Position numbers and translations under genes: made by a program. DNA of 30,893 bases. Origin: Pseudomonadota bacterium (lineage in GTDB: Bacteria; Pseudomonadota; Alphaproteobacteria; Paracaedibacterales; CAITNM01). The notes beneath the pieces were generated by a model that was not told the origin of the DNA, made no database searches, and saw only the letters and a program-made list of their open reading frames with translations. The stretch is taken from positions 1-30,893 of the forward strand of contig JAPLON010000104.1 in NCBI GenBank assembly GCA_026400695.1, in the 5' to 3' direction. This document shows positions 16,481 to 26,971 of the stretch, piece after piece. Each line of letters opens with the position of its first letter. The stretch's first letter is position 1.

Positions 16481-17035
16481 TTGTATATAAATGAGCTTTT
16501 AAAGTGGAGTGCATCTATTAATCTTGTTCACGAAAAATCGAAAGACGACATGATACAGAGACATATTCTGGATTCTCTACAATTAATTAATTATATAAAT
16601 AAAGATAATGATAGGATTGTAGATATTGGTAGTGGCGCAGGATTGCCAGGCATGATTTTAGCAATTGAAGGGGCATCATTTGTTAAATTAATTGAACCTA
16701 CACAAAAAAAAACAGTTTTTCTAAATCATATTAAAAATCTTTACTCACTTAATGTAATTATTCTAAATAACACATGGGAAAAAATTAACGAGTGTGATTC
16801 AAACGTTGTTGTCAGTAGAGCATTCAGTTCTTTAAGCAATCTTTTAGAGGCAATGCTTTATGTTTCACGTGAAACAAATTCACCTAAGGGAATTTTTCTA
16901 AAGGGTGAAAAATTAGAAATTGAAATTCTTGAAGCGAAAAAAAACTGGAATTTTAGTTATGAGATTCACCAAAGCATTACACACGAAAAAGGGAAAGTCA
17001 TAAAAGTATGGGACGTAGAAAAAAGTGACAGCTAA
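16481..17035 (+). CDS. rsmG: 16S rRNA m7G527 methyltransferase
   Basis: RHILDSLQ, DIGSGAGLPG, VSRAF, FLKG. The frame is open from 16448 (..IKSLEKYDLYINELLKW) with no ATG, so the start is uncertain. Confidence 0.92.
   Translation: MYINELLKWSASINLVHEKSKDDMIQRHILDSLQLINYINKDNDRIVDIGSGAGLPGMILAIEGASFVKLIEPTQKKTVFLNHIKNLYSLNVIILNNTWEKINECDSNVVVSRAFSSLSNLLEAMLYVSRETNSPKGIFLKGEKLEIEILEAKKNWNFSYEIHQSITHEKGKVIKVWDVEKSDS
16861..16876. promoter_or_regulatory. parS centromere site (inside rsmG)
   Basis: Perfect consensus palindrome TGTTTCACGTGAAACA. Confidence 0.93.
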
Positions 17036-17786
17036 AATTATAATGTTTGGCAATCAAAAAGGCGGGGTAGGAAAAACAACATCTGCCGTAAATATCGCAA
17101 CTATAGCTGCTGCTTCAGGATATAAAACATTACTTATAGATCTTGATCCACAAGGAAACAGCAGTTCAGGCGTAGCTGGAAACAAAAAACAAAATGGTAC
17201 ATATCATTGGTTAATGACAAATTCACAAAACCCCATTCAAACAACATACATTCCCAATCTAAACCTAATTAGTGCTTCCATGGACCTAGCTGCAGCAGAA
17301 ATAGAACTTTTGCATGTACCACAGAGGGAATACATTTTAAAACAAAGAATCAGCTCCATCCAACATCAATACGATTACATAATGATCGACTGCCCTCCAT
17401 CTCTTGGTCTACTAACAGTCAATGCACTTAGCAGCAGCGACTACATTCTAATACCAATGCAATGTGAATACTATGCACTAGAAGGTATTAGCCACATTAT
17501 CCAAACTATTCAAAGAGTACAAAGTGGCTTAAATCCTAAACTTAAAATGCTTGGAATCCTTTTAACAATGTACGATAAGCGTAGCTCTTTGAATCAACAA
17601 GTTGCTAATGATCTAAGGTTTCACTTTCAGGACACTGTCTTTAAAGCAGTAATTCCAAGAAATATTAAAATTGCAGAAGCTCCGTCTCACGGCAAGCCAA
17701 TCATTCTATATGATGTTAAAAGCACTGGATCCATATCATACATGGATGCCACCAAGGAACTTCTTCAACGTATTAATCACACATAG
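17025..17786 (+). CDS. parA: Chromosome partitioning ATPase ParA/Soj
   Basis: NQKGGVGKTT, DLDPQGN, DCPPSLG, QCEYYALEG, EAPSHG. Confidence 0.97.
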   Translation: MTAKIIMFGNQKGGVGKTTSAVNIATIAAASGYKTLLIDLDPQGNSSSGVAGNKKQNGTYHWLMTNSQNPIQTTYIPNLNLISASMDLAAAEIELLHVPQREYILKQRISSIQHQYDYIMIDCPPSLGLLTVNALSSSDYILIPMQCEYYALEGISHIIQTIQRVQSGLNPKLKMLGILLTMYDKRSSLNQQVANDLRFHFQDTVFKAVIPRNIKIAEAPSHGKPIILYDVKSTGSISYMDATKELLQRINHT

Positions 17787-17794
17787 GTAAACAA

Positions 17795-18697
17795 ATGAGC
17801 AACTTAAATCTACCCTCACTTGGTAAAGGCTTGGCTGCACTACTAGGAGATGTACATACTCCACAAGCACAACAAATACCACAAAGTCTTGAAATTTCAT
17901 TAATCCAACCTGGAGCCAATCAACCTCGTCAAGAATTCAATGAAGAGAGTTTAGCTGATCTAGTACTATCAATTCAAAGAAAAGGCATACTTCAGCCCCT
18001 CTTAGTAAGGCAAACTCAACCAGGAAAATTTGAAATAATTGCTGGAGAGCGTCGCTGGAGAGCAGCAAAAGTAGCAAAATTAGAAAGAGTTCCTGTAGTA
18101 ATTATTGCTTGTAATGATCAGGAAGCTCTGGAAATTGGATTGATTGAAAATTTACAGAGGCACGATTTAAATCCATTAGAAGAGGCCGAGGCAATCAAAC
18201 GTCTCCAGGAAGAATTTAAACTTACACAGGAACAAATCGCTAGCAGCATAGGAAAAAGCCGTAGCTACGTTGCAAATATTTTACGCCTTAACACACTAAA
18301 TCCAGATATTAAAAAATTAATCAGAGAAAATAAACTTAGCGCAGGCCATGCGCGCGCTCTGATTACGGCACCAAACCCGAGTGTTTTAGCAGAACAGATT
18401 ATCCAAGAAAATCTATCTGTGCGTGACACCGAAAAATTAGTAAAAAACCACAATCAAAAAGACAAATTAAACAATAACTACTCTAGTTCTCCAATAAGCG
18501 CCACATCAGGAAAACAGTTCGTTGGTCCTATGGATACCGATATCCAAATACTTAGTGATCAACTTGCAGAAAGCTTAAATATGAAAGTTCATTTGGTAGT
18601 TAAAGGACAAGGGGGATCACTAACGATTAACTTTCAAAATCTTGATCAGCTTGACATTTTATTATCTAGACTACAAGGTCACCCAAATAACCAATAA
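17795..18697 (+). CDS. parB: Chromosome partitioning protein ParB/Spo0J
   Basis: LGKGLAALL, QPR..F, GERRWRAA, IENLQR.DL, HTH region GKSRSYVANILRL. Confidence 0.97.
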   Translation: MSNLNLPSLGKGLAALLGDVHTPQAQQIPQSLEISLIQPGANQPRQEFNEESLADLVLSIQRKGILQPLLVRQTQPGKFEIIAGERRWRAAKVAKLERVPVVIIACNDQEALEIGLIENLQRHDLNPLEEAEAIKRLQEEFKLTQEQIASSIGKSRSYVANILRLNTLNPDIKKLIRENKLSAGHARALITAPNPSVLAEQIIQENLSVRDTEKLVKNHNQKDKLNNNYSSSPISATSGKQFVGPMDTDIQILSDQLAESLNMKVHLVVKGQGGSLTINFQNLDQLDILLSRLQGHPNNQ

Positions 18698-18757
18698 ATA
18701 TGGGAGATTTTATCGCCTTACACTACCTAACCACTAGAATTTAAAATATTTCACAAG

Positions 18758-20791
18758 GTGCCAAAACTAATGACAGCTATTTTTCCTTTGCTATATGGCA
18801 AATCAAATAATTCTAGCAAAGCATTTGCCCTAGAGTCTCCCTTTAAACCTTCTGGTGATCAACCGCAAGCTATTGAAGAAATTGTAGGTAGCTTTGAAAA
18901 AGGCGATAGAGATCAAGTTTTACTTGGAGTAACGGGTTCGGGAAAAACGTTTACGATGGCTAACGTCATCCAAAAATTGCAACGGCCTTCATTGATTATG
19001 GCTCCCAATAAAATCCTTGCAGCACAACTATATTCAGAAATGAAAGAATTTTTCCCAAACAATCGCGTTGAATATTTTGTCTCTTATTATGACTATTACC
19101 AGCCAGAAGCTTACGTAGCGCGCAGTGACACATTTATCGAAAAAACTGCTTCCATAAACGAACAAATTGACCGTATGCGCCATTCAGCCACACGAGCTAT
19201 GCTTGAACGCCACGACGTTATAGTTGTTGCTAGCGTCTCATGCATATATGGCATTGGAGGAGTTAATACCTACAGTGAAATGACAATAGGCCTAAAGGTT
19301 GGCCAATCTATTGATAAGCAGCAATTAATGAAAAAACTTATCGAAATACAGTATAAACGTAATGATATAGATTTTAGCAGGGGAAGCTTTCGCAGCCGAG
19401 GTGATGTGCTAGACATATTTCCAAGCCATTTTGAAAATAGATCATGGCGCCTAAGCTTTTTTGGTGATGAAATTGAATCAATTTCAGAAGTTGATCCACT
19501 AACAGGAGAAAAATTTACCAACCTTAGTGAGATTCTAATATTTGCTAATAGCCACTATGTAACTCCAGGACCAACTGTACAGCAAGCAATCAAAGAAATT
19601 CAGGCAGAATTAGTTGTAAGGGTGGCTGAATTTGAATCTATGGGTAAGCTGCTAGAAGCTCAAAGAATTTCACAAAGAACTAAATTTGATCTTGAAATGC
19701 TAAAAGCCACAGGCATGTGCGCTGGCATTGAAAATTATTCTAGGTACCTTACAGGTCGTGCTCCAGGAAATGCGCCACCAACTTTATTTGAGTACCTCCC
19801 TAAAGATGCAATGTTATTTGTTGACGAAAGTCACGTTTCCGTACCACAAGTTGGTGGTATGTTTAAAGGTGACAGAGCGCGTAAAGAAGTATTAGCAGAA
19901 CACGGATTTAGGTTACCATCTTGCAAAGATAATCGACCACTAATGTTTGAAGAGTGGAACGACATGCGCCCTCAAACTTTATTTATTTCTGCAACTCCAG
20001 GACCATGGGAATTAAAACAAACCCAAGGAGTATTTACAGAACAATTAATTCGTCCAACTTGGCTTGTTGATCCCATATGTACAATTAGGCCATGTGATCA
20101 TCAAGTTGACGATCTTATGGAAGAATGCCGTAAAACTATTGCTAAAGGATACAGGGTTCTAGTAACAACCCTAACTAAAAAGATGGCAGAAGCACTAACA
20201 CAATATTTATGCGAAGCTAACATGAGGGTCAGATATCTGCATTCTGATATTGAAACTCTGGAACGTATTGAAATAATTAGAGGATTACGATCAGGAGATT
20301 TTGATATTTTAGTTGGAATAAACTTACTGCGTGAAGGGTTAGATATTCCTGAATGCGGCTTAGTCGCAATTTTAGATGCTGACAAAGAAGGCTTTCTACG
20401 TTCAAAAACATCACTAATTCAAACGATCGGCAGAGCTGCACGCAACATTGATGGGCATGTTGTGCTTTACGCAGACAAAATGACAGGCTCATTAGATGCA
20501 GCTTTGCAAGAAACAGAACGCCGGCGCAACAAACAAATTGCTTTCAATAATCAACACAACATTACACCTGAAACAGTAAAAAAAATAATTTCTTCATCGC
20601 TTGAATTAAAATCAAACAAAAAAGAAACTAATAGTAAGTTTAGCAAAATGTCACCTCAGGAAATTGAAAAGAAAAAACAACAACTCTTAAAAGAAATGAA
20701 AAATTTTGCTGCAAATCTTGAGTTTGAAAAAGCTGCTGCGGTGCGCAATGAGCTACGTTCTTTAGAGGCTTTAGAACTCAAATATTTATAA
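18758..20791 (+). CDS. uvrB: Excinuclease ABC subunit B
   Basis: [42 protein letters not shown], and the C-terminal UVR motif [10 protein letters not shown]. Confidence 0.98.
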   Translation: MPKLMTAIFPLLYGKSNNSSKAFALESPFKPSGDQPQAIEEIVGSFEKGDRDQVLLGVTGSGKTFTMANVIQKLQRPSLIMAPNKILAAQLYSEMKEFFPNNRVEYFVSYYDYYQPEAYVARSDTFIEKTASINEQIDRMRHSATRAMLERHDVIVVASVSCIYGIGGVNTYSEMTIGLKVGQSIDKQQLMKKLIEIQYKRNDIDFSRGSFRSRGDVLDIFPSHFENRSWRLSFFGDEIESISEVDPLTGEKFTNLSEILIFANSHYVTPGPTVQQAIKEIQAELVVRVAEFESMGKLLEAQRISQRTKFDLEMLKATGMCAGIENYSRYLTGRAPGNAPPTLFEYLPKDAMLFVDESHVSVPQVGGMFKGDRARKEVLAEHGFRLPSCKDNRPLMFEEWNDMRPQTLFISATPGPWELKQTQGVFTEQLIRPTWLVDPICTIRPCDHQVDDLMEECRKTIAKGYRVLVTTLTKKMAEALTQYLCEANMRVRYLHSDIETLERIEIIRGLRSGDFDILVGINLLREGLDIPECGLVAILDADKEGFLRSKTSLIQTIGRAARNIDGHVVLYADKMTGSLDAALQETERRRNKQIAFNNQHNITPETVKKIISSSLELKSNKKETNSKFSKMSPQEIEKKKQQLLKEMKNFAANLEFEKAAAVRNELRSLEALELKYL

Positions 20792-20944
20792 TATTTTCTA
20801 CTATTAGTTAATATTTTTTAAATTCATTATCTCTGTATAACAAAAATTAACCTTTTGTTAATACTTAACTCTTTAGCATTAGCTATAGTGATAAGCTAAC
20901 CTTTGCGTGTTAGCATTATCTAAGCAAGCTTTGTTGGAGGTAAA

Positions 20945-22840
20945 ATGCAAACAAGTAATAATTTTGAACTTAATGAAAATATTGAGTCTAACCAAACAAA
21001 GCACTCATCAAAAAAAAAGAAAGAATCAAAAAAAAATCCTAATACTGCCGAAAGCTCATACACATTTTTTGCAGAATTACATCCAGACATACAAAAAGGT
21101 ATGGATAGCTTAGGAGAGTTTTACGCAGGACTCGCTGAAAAAATAAAGCAACCAGCACAGTTAGAACTATTTAGCCCAGAAATAATTGGTAAAACGTTAG
21201 CTGAAACTCATAAAGTCTTAGTCGATACCTTTGTCGTTAAAGCCGATGAATGGGATAGCAAGCAACGCAATTATTTAGGTGACCTAGAAATATTATTACA
21301 AAAAACCTTAGACCGCCTACAAGGGATTGAAACCGACCCTGTAATTACACCCAATAGCAATGATCGACGTTTCAAAGCCCCAGAATGGCAAGACTTTCCA
21401 ATATTTGATTATTTGAAACAATCTTATTTATTGCACAGTAAATACGTTAATGAATTAATGGAATCCCTAGAAGGCATTAATGTTAAAACAAAAGAAAAAG
21501 CCCAATTTTATATACGTAGTTTGCTTGATGCAGCATCTCCATCCAATTTTCCATTTACCAATCCTGAAGTGCTTCGAGAAACACTCCGCACGCAAGGACA
21601 AAATTTAATGCGTGGCTCTCAAAAACTATTAGATGATAACTTAAAAGCAAATTTTTTAAGTTTACCAATGTTTACTAACTTAAAGGATTTCAAAGTTGGT
21701 GAAAATTTAGCAATTACGCCAGGAAAAGTAGTTTACGAAACACCATTATTTCAATTGATTTATTTCAAACCTACAACTACTGAAGTTTATGAACGTCCAT
21801 TGCTAATCATTCCACCATGGATAAATAAATATTACATTTTTGATTTACAGCAAGAAAATTCATTTGTGCGCTGGATGCTTGATCAAGGATTAAGCGTGTT
21901 TGTAGTATCATGGATAAATCCAGATGAATCATATTCTGATTATGGTATCAGCGATTATGTATTAGATGGAGTTTTAGATGCGGTTTTAAACGTCCTTAAA
22001 ATTTCAGGACAAGAAAAGCTTAATCTCCTGGCTTATTGTGCTGGTGGAGTTGTTGCTACAATTTTATCTGGATACTTAGCAAAGCGCATAGAAAAAAATC
22101 CAATAGCTAGCATTAGCCTTTTAGCAACACCTATTGATTTTGACAAAATGGGCGACCTAAAAGTATTTATTTGCAAAGATCAGATTAATCACTTAGAAAA
22201 GCGTGTCAATAAAATTGGTTATCTACCTGGAAATGAAATGGTCAGAGTCTTTAGTATGCTACGTGCCAATGATCTAATTTGGACAAATTATGTTAATACT
22301 TACCTACTCAATAAAGAAACCTTCCCTTTGGATTTTCTCTATTGGAATTGTGATACAACCAATGTTCCAGCAAAATTACATATTGAATATTTGCGTAACG
22401 TATTTCTTGAAAATCGTCTTTTAAAACCTAACAAATTAAAAATCAATGGTCAGGGTATTGATTTAAAAGAAATAAATATTCCAATTTTTGCATTTGCCAC
22501 CAAGTCAGATCACATCGTTCCTTGGCAATCAACCTATGCAATTAAGAAAATTTGCCCTAAAAATACCACCTTTGTGCTAGGTGCATCAGGTCATGTATCT
22601 GGAATTATTAATCCTGTACACCGTAATAAATACTGCTACTGGACATCAAATAGCCCATCTAAAAATTCTTCTTCGTGGTTAGAAAAAGCGAAAGAAACTC
22701 CAGGATCATGGTGGCCAATGTGGCACACTTGGGTCGCTAAATTCTCAGGTAAAAAAACCACAACTAACATGTGGCAAAACACACCAAATATTGAAGAAGC
22801 TCCAGGAAAATATGCAGTTTCTTCTTCACCAAACACATAA
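20945..22840 (+). CDS. phaC: Class I polyhydroxyalkanoate synthase
   Basis: D.RF....W, SPSNFPFTNP, TPGKVV, PPWINKYYIFDL, lipase box AYCAGG, DHIVPW, SGH, GSWWP.W. Confidence 0.95.
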   Translation: MQTSNNFELNENIESNQTKHSSKKKKESKKNPNTAESSYTFFAELHPDIQKGMDSLGEFYAGLAEKIKQPAQLELFSPEIIGKTLAETHKVLVDTFVVKADEWDSKQRNYLGDLEILLQKTLDRLQGIETDPVITPNSNDRRFKAPEWQDFPIFDYLKQSYLLHSKYVNELMESLEGINVKTKEKAQFYIRSLLDAASPSNFPFTNPEVLRETLRTQGQNLMRGSQKLLDDNLKANFLSLPMFTNLKDFKVGENLAITPGKVVYETPLFQLIYFKPTTTEVYERPLLIIPPWINKYYIFDLQQENSFVRWMLDQGLSVFVVSWINPDESYSDYGISDYVLDGVLDAVLNVLKISGQEKLNLLAYCAGGVVATILSGYLAKRIEKNPIASISLLATPIDFDKMGDLKVFICKDQINHLEKRVNKIGYLPGNEMVRVFSMLRANDLIWTNYVNTYLLNKETFPLDFLYWNCDTTNVPAKLHIEYLRNVFLENRLLKPNKLKINGQGIDLKEINIPIFAFATKSDHIVPWQSTYAIKKICPKNTTFVLGASGHVSGIINPVHRNKYCYWTSNSPSKNSSSWLEKAKETPGSWWPMWHTWVAKFSGKKTTTNMWQNTPNIEEAPGKYAVSSSPNT

Positions 22841-22904
22841 TTTTTTAAAAATAGCTTTTTTGGCTTTGCTTAACCTTGTATTTTTTGCTAGAAATAAACC
22901 TGGA

Positions 22905-22989
22905 GCCTGCATGGTGGAACGGTAGACACAGCAGATTTAAAATCTGCCGCCCAAAAGGCGTGCCAGTTCGAGTCTGGCTGCGGGCACCA
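22905..22989 (+). tRNA. tRNA-Leu (anticodon TAA)
   Basis: Acceptor stem GCCTGCA/TGCGGGC, D-loop GG, anticodon arm GCAGA-TTTAAAA-TCTGC, long variable arm, GTTCGAGT T-loop, encoded ACCA end. Confidence 0.96.
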
Positions 22990-23271
22990 AATCCAATACT
23001 TTATCTCAAATAAATTAAAACCAAAAGTTTGTTTTGGCTCTAGGCTTATAAAGCCTTGTCTTAAAAGTAGCCATGAAAATCTAAATCTTATTTAGGATAC
23101 CCTAAAAGATGGGCAAAAAAAGTCAAATGACTTTGTAATCAAATTCCATAGTTAAATATATATATTTTTCACGTATTTCTATTGGTTCATTTTCTGATAG
23201 CTTTACTCTGGTAACTTCATACTTAGATAGTCGGCAATGATAATCGTACGACAAGGAAAATGGAGGTACCA

Positions 23272-23427
23272 ATGGTGTTTTATATATTAGTGTTCTTCTC
23301 TTTAGCTGTAATTTCTGCACTCCTAGGCTTTGGCAAGCTTGCTGGTACATTTTCGCAAATTGCTAAGATATTATCAGTGATTTTTTTAATATTATTCATT
23401 ATCAGTTTTATACGCCACATGACTTAG
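23272..23427 (+). CDS. DUF1328 (UPF0391/YtjA-like) small membrane protein, 51 aa
   Basis: Not in the ORF track. GGAGG SD at 23262-23266. Translation MVFYILVFFSLAVISALLGFGKLAGTFSQIAKILSVIFLILFIISFIRHMT carries the LGFG..AG..IAKIL signature. Confidence 0.85.
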   Translation: MVFYILVFFSLAVISALLGFGKLAGTFSQIAKILSVIFLILFIISFIRHMT

Positions 23428-23478
23428 ACCATCTAAGGAAGAAGTGCATGGCTTAGAGCCCCCCTCAAGAGAAAATAT

Positions 23479-25251
23479 ATGGCCATAGATAATTTACCTA
23501 AAAAAACTTTTCCCTTTATTTTATATTTTCTAAAATCTTATTTTTTAGAATGCTTAGGCATGATGATTATTGGTATTTTGTGGTCCGTGGATCTTTCTTT
23601 ACGTCCTTACCTTATTAAGGTAATGCTGGATAAATTAGAGATGGTGTCACCACATGCTGATTTATTTACTGAACTTATGGCACCTGCATTAACTTATATT
23701 GCCTTAGGCTTTGGTATCAATTTTATCTACCGTATTTATGATTACCTAGCATTACGATTAATGCCTTCTCTTTACAATGATATTGTCATAAAAGTTTTGG
23801 ATTATACTGAGCAGCATTCCCATAGTTATTTCCAAAATCATTTTGGTGGCAGTATTGTTAACAAAATTTCTGAAATGGCACGAGCTGTGCAAGATATTGT
23901 CGAAACTATAATTCATCGCTTCGTTTCTCACTCTCTTGCTTTATTAATTGCCTGCTTTGCCATGGCAAGCGTTAACCTAATTTTAGCCCTAATATTCTTT
24001 ACGTGGGTTATTGCTTTCTTAGTCAGTAGTTATTTTTTCTCCAAAGAGCCATATATTTTGTCGGAGCAGCTTTCCAAAACCCACACAAAGTTGATTGGAA
24101 AGATCATGGACAGCGTTACAAATATATTAACAGTTCGTCTCTTTGCTCGACAAAAATTTGAGATTAATTATGTTAAGGCGCAAGCAAGAGAAAGAGAAGA
24201 AAGAGCACAAGCTCTTCGTTGGAGTAATTTAAAAAGACAAGCAGCCATGGAAACTGCTTCTAATATCTTAATGGGTATCCTAATTTGTTACCTTATTTAC
24301 ACTCGTCAACAAGGGCTGATTACTATTGGAGATTTTGCTCTGGTATTAATGGTATCAATCTCAGCTATTGACGCTGTATGGAACCTTTCAAGAGATTTCC
24401 TTGAGTTTTCTGAGCAACTCGGACAATGCTCTCAAACTCTAACCCTAATTGCGATTCCTCATGAGATTAAAGACACTGAAAATGCTCTTCCACTTAAAGT
24501 AAATAGGGGATCTATAGAGTTTAAAAATGTATATTTTAGTTTCATAGAAAATAAATTTTTATTTAACAATTTGTGCATAAGTATTCCAGGCAAACAAAAA
24601 GTAGGATTAGTTGGATATTCAGGTAGCGGTAAAACAACTTTTGTTAATCTGCTTATTAGACTTTTTGATATTCAAGCAGGCCAAATATTAATTGATGCCC
24701 AAGAAGTATCAAAAGTTACTCAAGAAAGTTTGCATGAGAATATCAGCTTTATTCCACAAGACCCCCTACTATTTCATAGAAATATTGCTGAGAATATTCG
24801 ATATGGAAGGCTTTATGCTACAGAAGAAGAAGTTATTCAAGCAGCTATTAAAGCAAATGCTCATGATTTTATAAAAGATCTGCCGGAAGGCTATAACACT
24901 TTAGTTGGAGAAAGGGGTATCAAGCTTTCAGGCGGGCAGCGCCAGCGCATTGCTATAGCTCGGGCAATTTTAAAAGATGCAAAAATCCTAATTCTGGATG
25001 AAGCAACCTCAGCTTTGGATTCAGTCACAGAGCACATTATTCAAGAAAGCTTAAAAAAACTAATGAATAATAAAACAGTTTTTGTGATCGCCCATCGTCT
25101 TTCTACTCTTCAAGATATGGACAGAATCTTGGTTTTTGAAAAAGGAAAAATTATAGAAGATGGTAGTCACCAAGCATTAATTAATAAAAAAGGCGTTTAT
25201 GCTTATTTATGGGAACGGCAAAGAGGCGGATTCTTACCGGCAGTATGTTGA
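23479..25251 (+). CDS. ABC exporter, fused permease/ATP-binding (MsbA/ABCB-like)
   Basis: N-terminal transmembrane domain, GYSGSGKTT, LSGGQRQR, ILDEATSALD, IAHRLST. Confidence 0.95.
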   Translation: MAIDNLPKKTFPFILYFLKSYFLECLGMMIIGILWSVDLSLRPYLIKVMLDKLEMVSPHADLFTELMAPALTYIALGFGINFIYRIYDYLALRLMPSLYNDIVIKVLDYTEQHSHSYFQNHFGGSIVNKISEMARAVQDIVETIIHRFVSHSLALLIACFAMASVNLILALIFFTWVIAFLVSSYFFSKEPYILSEQLSKTHTKLIGKIMDSVTNILTVRLFARQKFEINYVKAQAREREERAQALRWSNLKRQAAMETASNILMGILICYLIYTRQQGLITIGDFALVLMVSISAIDAVWNLSRDFLEFSEQLGQCSQTLTLIAIPHEIKDTENALPLKVNRGSIEFKNVYFSFIENKFLFNNLCISIPGKQKVGLVGYSGSGKTTFVNLLIRLFDIQAGQILIDAQEVSKVTQESLHENISFIPQDPLLFHRNIAENIRYGRLYATEEEVIQAAIKANAHDFIKDLPEGYNTLVGERGIKLSGGQRQRIAIARAILKDAKILILDEATSALDSVTEHIIQESLKKLMNNKTVFVIAHRLSTLQDMDRILVFEKGKIIEDGSHQALINKKGVYAYLWERQRGGFLPAVC

Positions 25252-26366
25252 AAAAAAAATTAACAACCCAAATAATATTTTTTTTCACTATACTAATAAT
25301 TACATCTTTTTTAAATAAAGGTTATTCATTTTCACAAGATTATATAAAGGGCTATATATCCTGTATTATAAGTGATTCCATACCAGAAGAAGAATTAGAT
25401 TTTTATATAAAAAATGAAAGATTGTACATTCGTTTATTGAAAAGAGACCTTGATTCATTAACAAAAGAAAAGCTAATTCAACGCTTAAAAAAAACTAATT
25501 TTTTTAAAGAAATAGATATTACTGTTGGATATGCGCAAACTTCTTCTGCAATTCCTAAGGCATCACGTGCTTTAAATTCCCAGGCATCTCAACCTTCTCA
25601 TGAAATTTTGCCTGCTGGAGTTATTTACGATTCTCCTATTGCAGATCCTAAGTGGCCAAGATTTTCTGCAGGTTATAACAAACACCTAAAAAAGGCATAC
25701 GGAAAAAGTATTTTCAATCTTTCGTTTGGAGAAAATTTAGCTCTTCTACGTTATAGAACAGATGGATGGGCATATGAGCTTGGGCTTCAGGCTGGGCTTT
25801 TTGGGTTGATGGACGTAGGGTCTTCTCCTACCCGGCTAATTAATTCAGATTATTTTGTAGGAGGTGGAATATCGTTAGTTTATGACAGGAGATGGCAAAA
25901 TTTATTTCAATTCTCTCACCTAAGCTCCCACCTAGGAGACGAATTTTTAATCAGTAAACCAGATTATATCAATAAAAGGGTTAATTTGAGTTATGAAGCA
26001 TTTAAATGGTTTACAGCTTATAAATTTGATTCTTTCCGACCATATGTAGGTTTCGGTTATCTAGTTAATCGAGACCCATCAACACTTAAGCCTTTTACCT
26101 TAGAAGTAGGAATAGATTATATTTCGGAAAAAAGTTTTTTGTTTGATACGACACGATATGTACTAGGTGTGCATACACATTTTTGGGAGCAAAATAATTA
26201 CAAATCAAGTTTTAATATTAGGACAGGACTGCAATTAGAGGACTCTTTATGGAGAGGCAGACATATGCAATTCTTGATTGAGTATTCCCAAGGAAAATCA
26301 AGACATGGACAATTCTATGCAAAAAATGAACATTACATAGGTTTTATGGTAGCTTTCTCAAACTAA
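25245..26366 (+). CDS. DUF1207-domain protein (probable outer-membrane protein)
   Basis: IADPKWPRFSAGY, LINSDYFVG, HLSSHLGDEF. The likely ATG at 25245 overlaps the ABC stop and is followed by a signal-like N-terminus. The ORF track starts at 25209. Confidence 0.75.
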   Translation: MLKKKLTTQIIFFFTILIITSFLNKGYSFSQDYIKGYISCIISDSIPEEELDFYIKNERLYIRLLKRDLDSLTKEKLIQRLKKTNFFKEIDITVGYAQTSSAIPKASRALNSQASQPSHEILPAGVIYDSPIADPKWPRFSAGYNKHLKKAYGKSIFNLSFGENLALLRYRTDGWAYELGLQAGLFGLMDVGSSPTRLINSDYFVGGGISLVYDRRWQNLFQFSHLSSHLGDEFLISKPDYINKRVNLSYEAFKWFTAYKFDSFRPYVGFGYLVNRDPSTLKPFTLEVGIDYISEKSFLFDTTRYVLGVHTHFWEQNNYKSSFNIRTGLQLEDSLWRGRHMQFLIEYSQGKSRHGQFYAKNEHYIGFMVAFSN

Positions 26367-26479
26367 GTGTTGATTATAAATCTGCATTTCAATTGCAGGT
26401 AAAAATTATTTTTTTAACGTATGACCTATTAAATAAAAAGCGCAACATTCACCATAAACTTAAACTAACAGGATGCTTT

Positions 26480-26860
26480 ATGGCTTTTAAAAAAATACTA
26501 AAATCCCTCATTATTGCGGGCGTTTTATTTTCTCCTTTATGTGCGGGAGAAGTAAAAGTAAAGAACAATGCTACTACTCCTGTACAAGTTACTGTACGGG
26601 CTAAAGAAAACCAAAGTGGCATCAGTCCGTTCATTGTTACTCAGGTTGTTCTGCCAAACGAAGAAATTACAGTAACAATAGACGAAAAGAAATTTAACGG
26701 AGTTACTTTTTCAGTTCAAGGAACAACAGTTACAGATCCTTCAATTGTACCTTTAACAAGTAATGAATGTGTTTTAAGTGGGCATGAGGGTAGAGTGGTT
26801 ATTACTCCTAAAAGCGATGGCACAGCGTTGGTCTGCGGCGTTACCCAACTGTCTAATTAA
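26480..26860 (+). CDS. Hypothetical secreted beta-rich protein
   Basis: Likely start MAFKKILKSLIIAGVLFSPLCA (signal peptide). Val/Thr-rich mature part with two Cys. Terminator immediately downstream. Confidence 0.7.
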   Translation: MAFKKILKSLIIAGVLFSPLCAGEVKVKNNATTPVQVTVRAKENQSGISPFIVTQVVLPNEEITVTIDEKKFNGVTFSVQGTTVTDPSIVPLTSNECVLSGHEGRVVITPKSDGTALVCGVTQLSN

Positions 26861-26874
26861 ATAATTTTTAACTT

Positions 26875-26913
26875 AAAAAGGCTTTCCGGCTTACGCCTCT
26901 GGAAAGCCTTTTT
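26875..26913. terminator. Bidirectional intrinsic terminator
   Basis: AAAAAGGCTTTCCGG-loop-CTGGAAAGCCTTTTT between convergent genes. Confidence 0.88.
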
Positions 26914-26971
26914 GCTATCAGCAGTTGATACGATAATGAGCAAATTCAAAAATATATGAAGTGAAATTTTC

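Noticed and set aside
22960-22989. tRNA-Leu as an integration site (attL/attR)
   Set aside because: No second copy of the tRNA 3' end and no integrase seen in the window.
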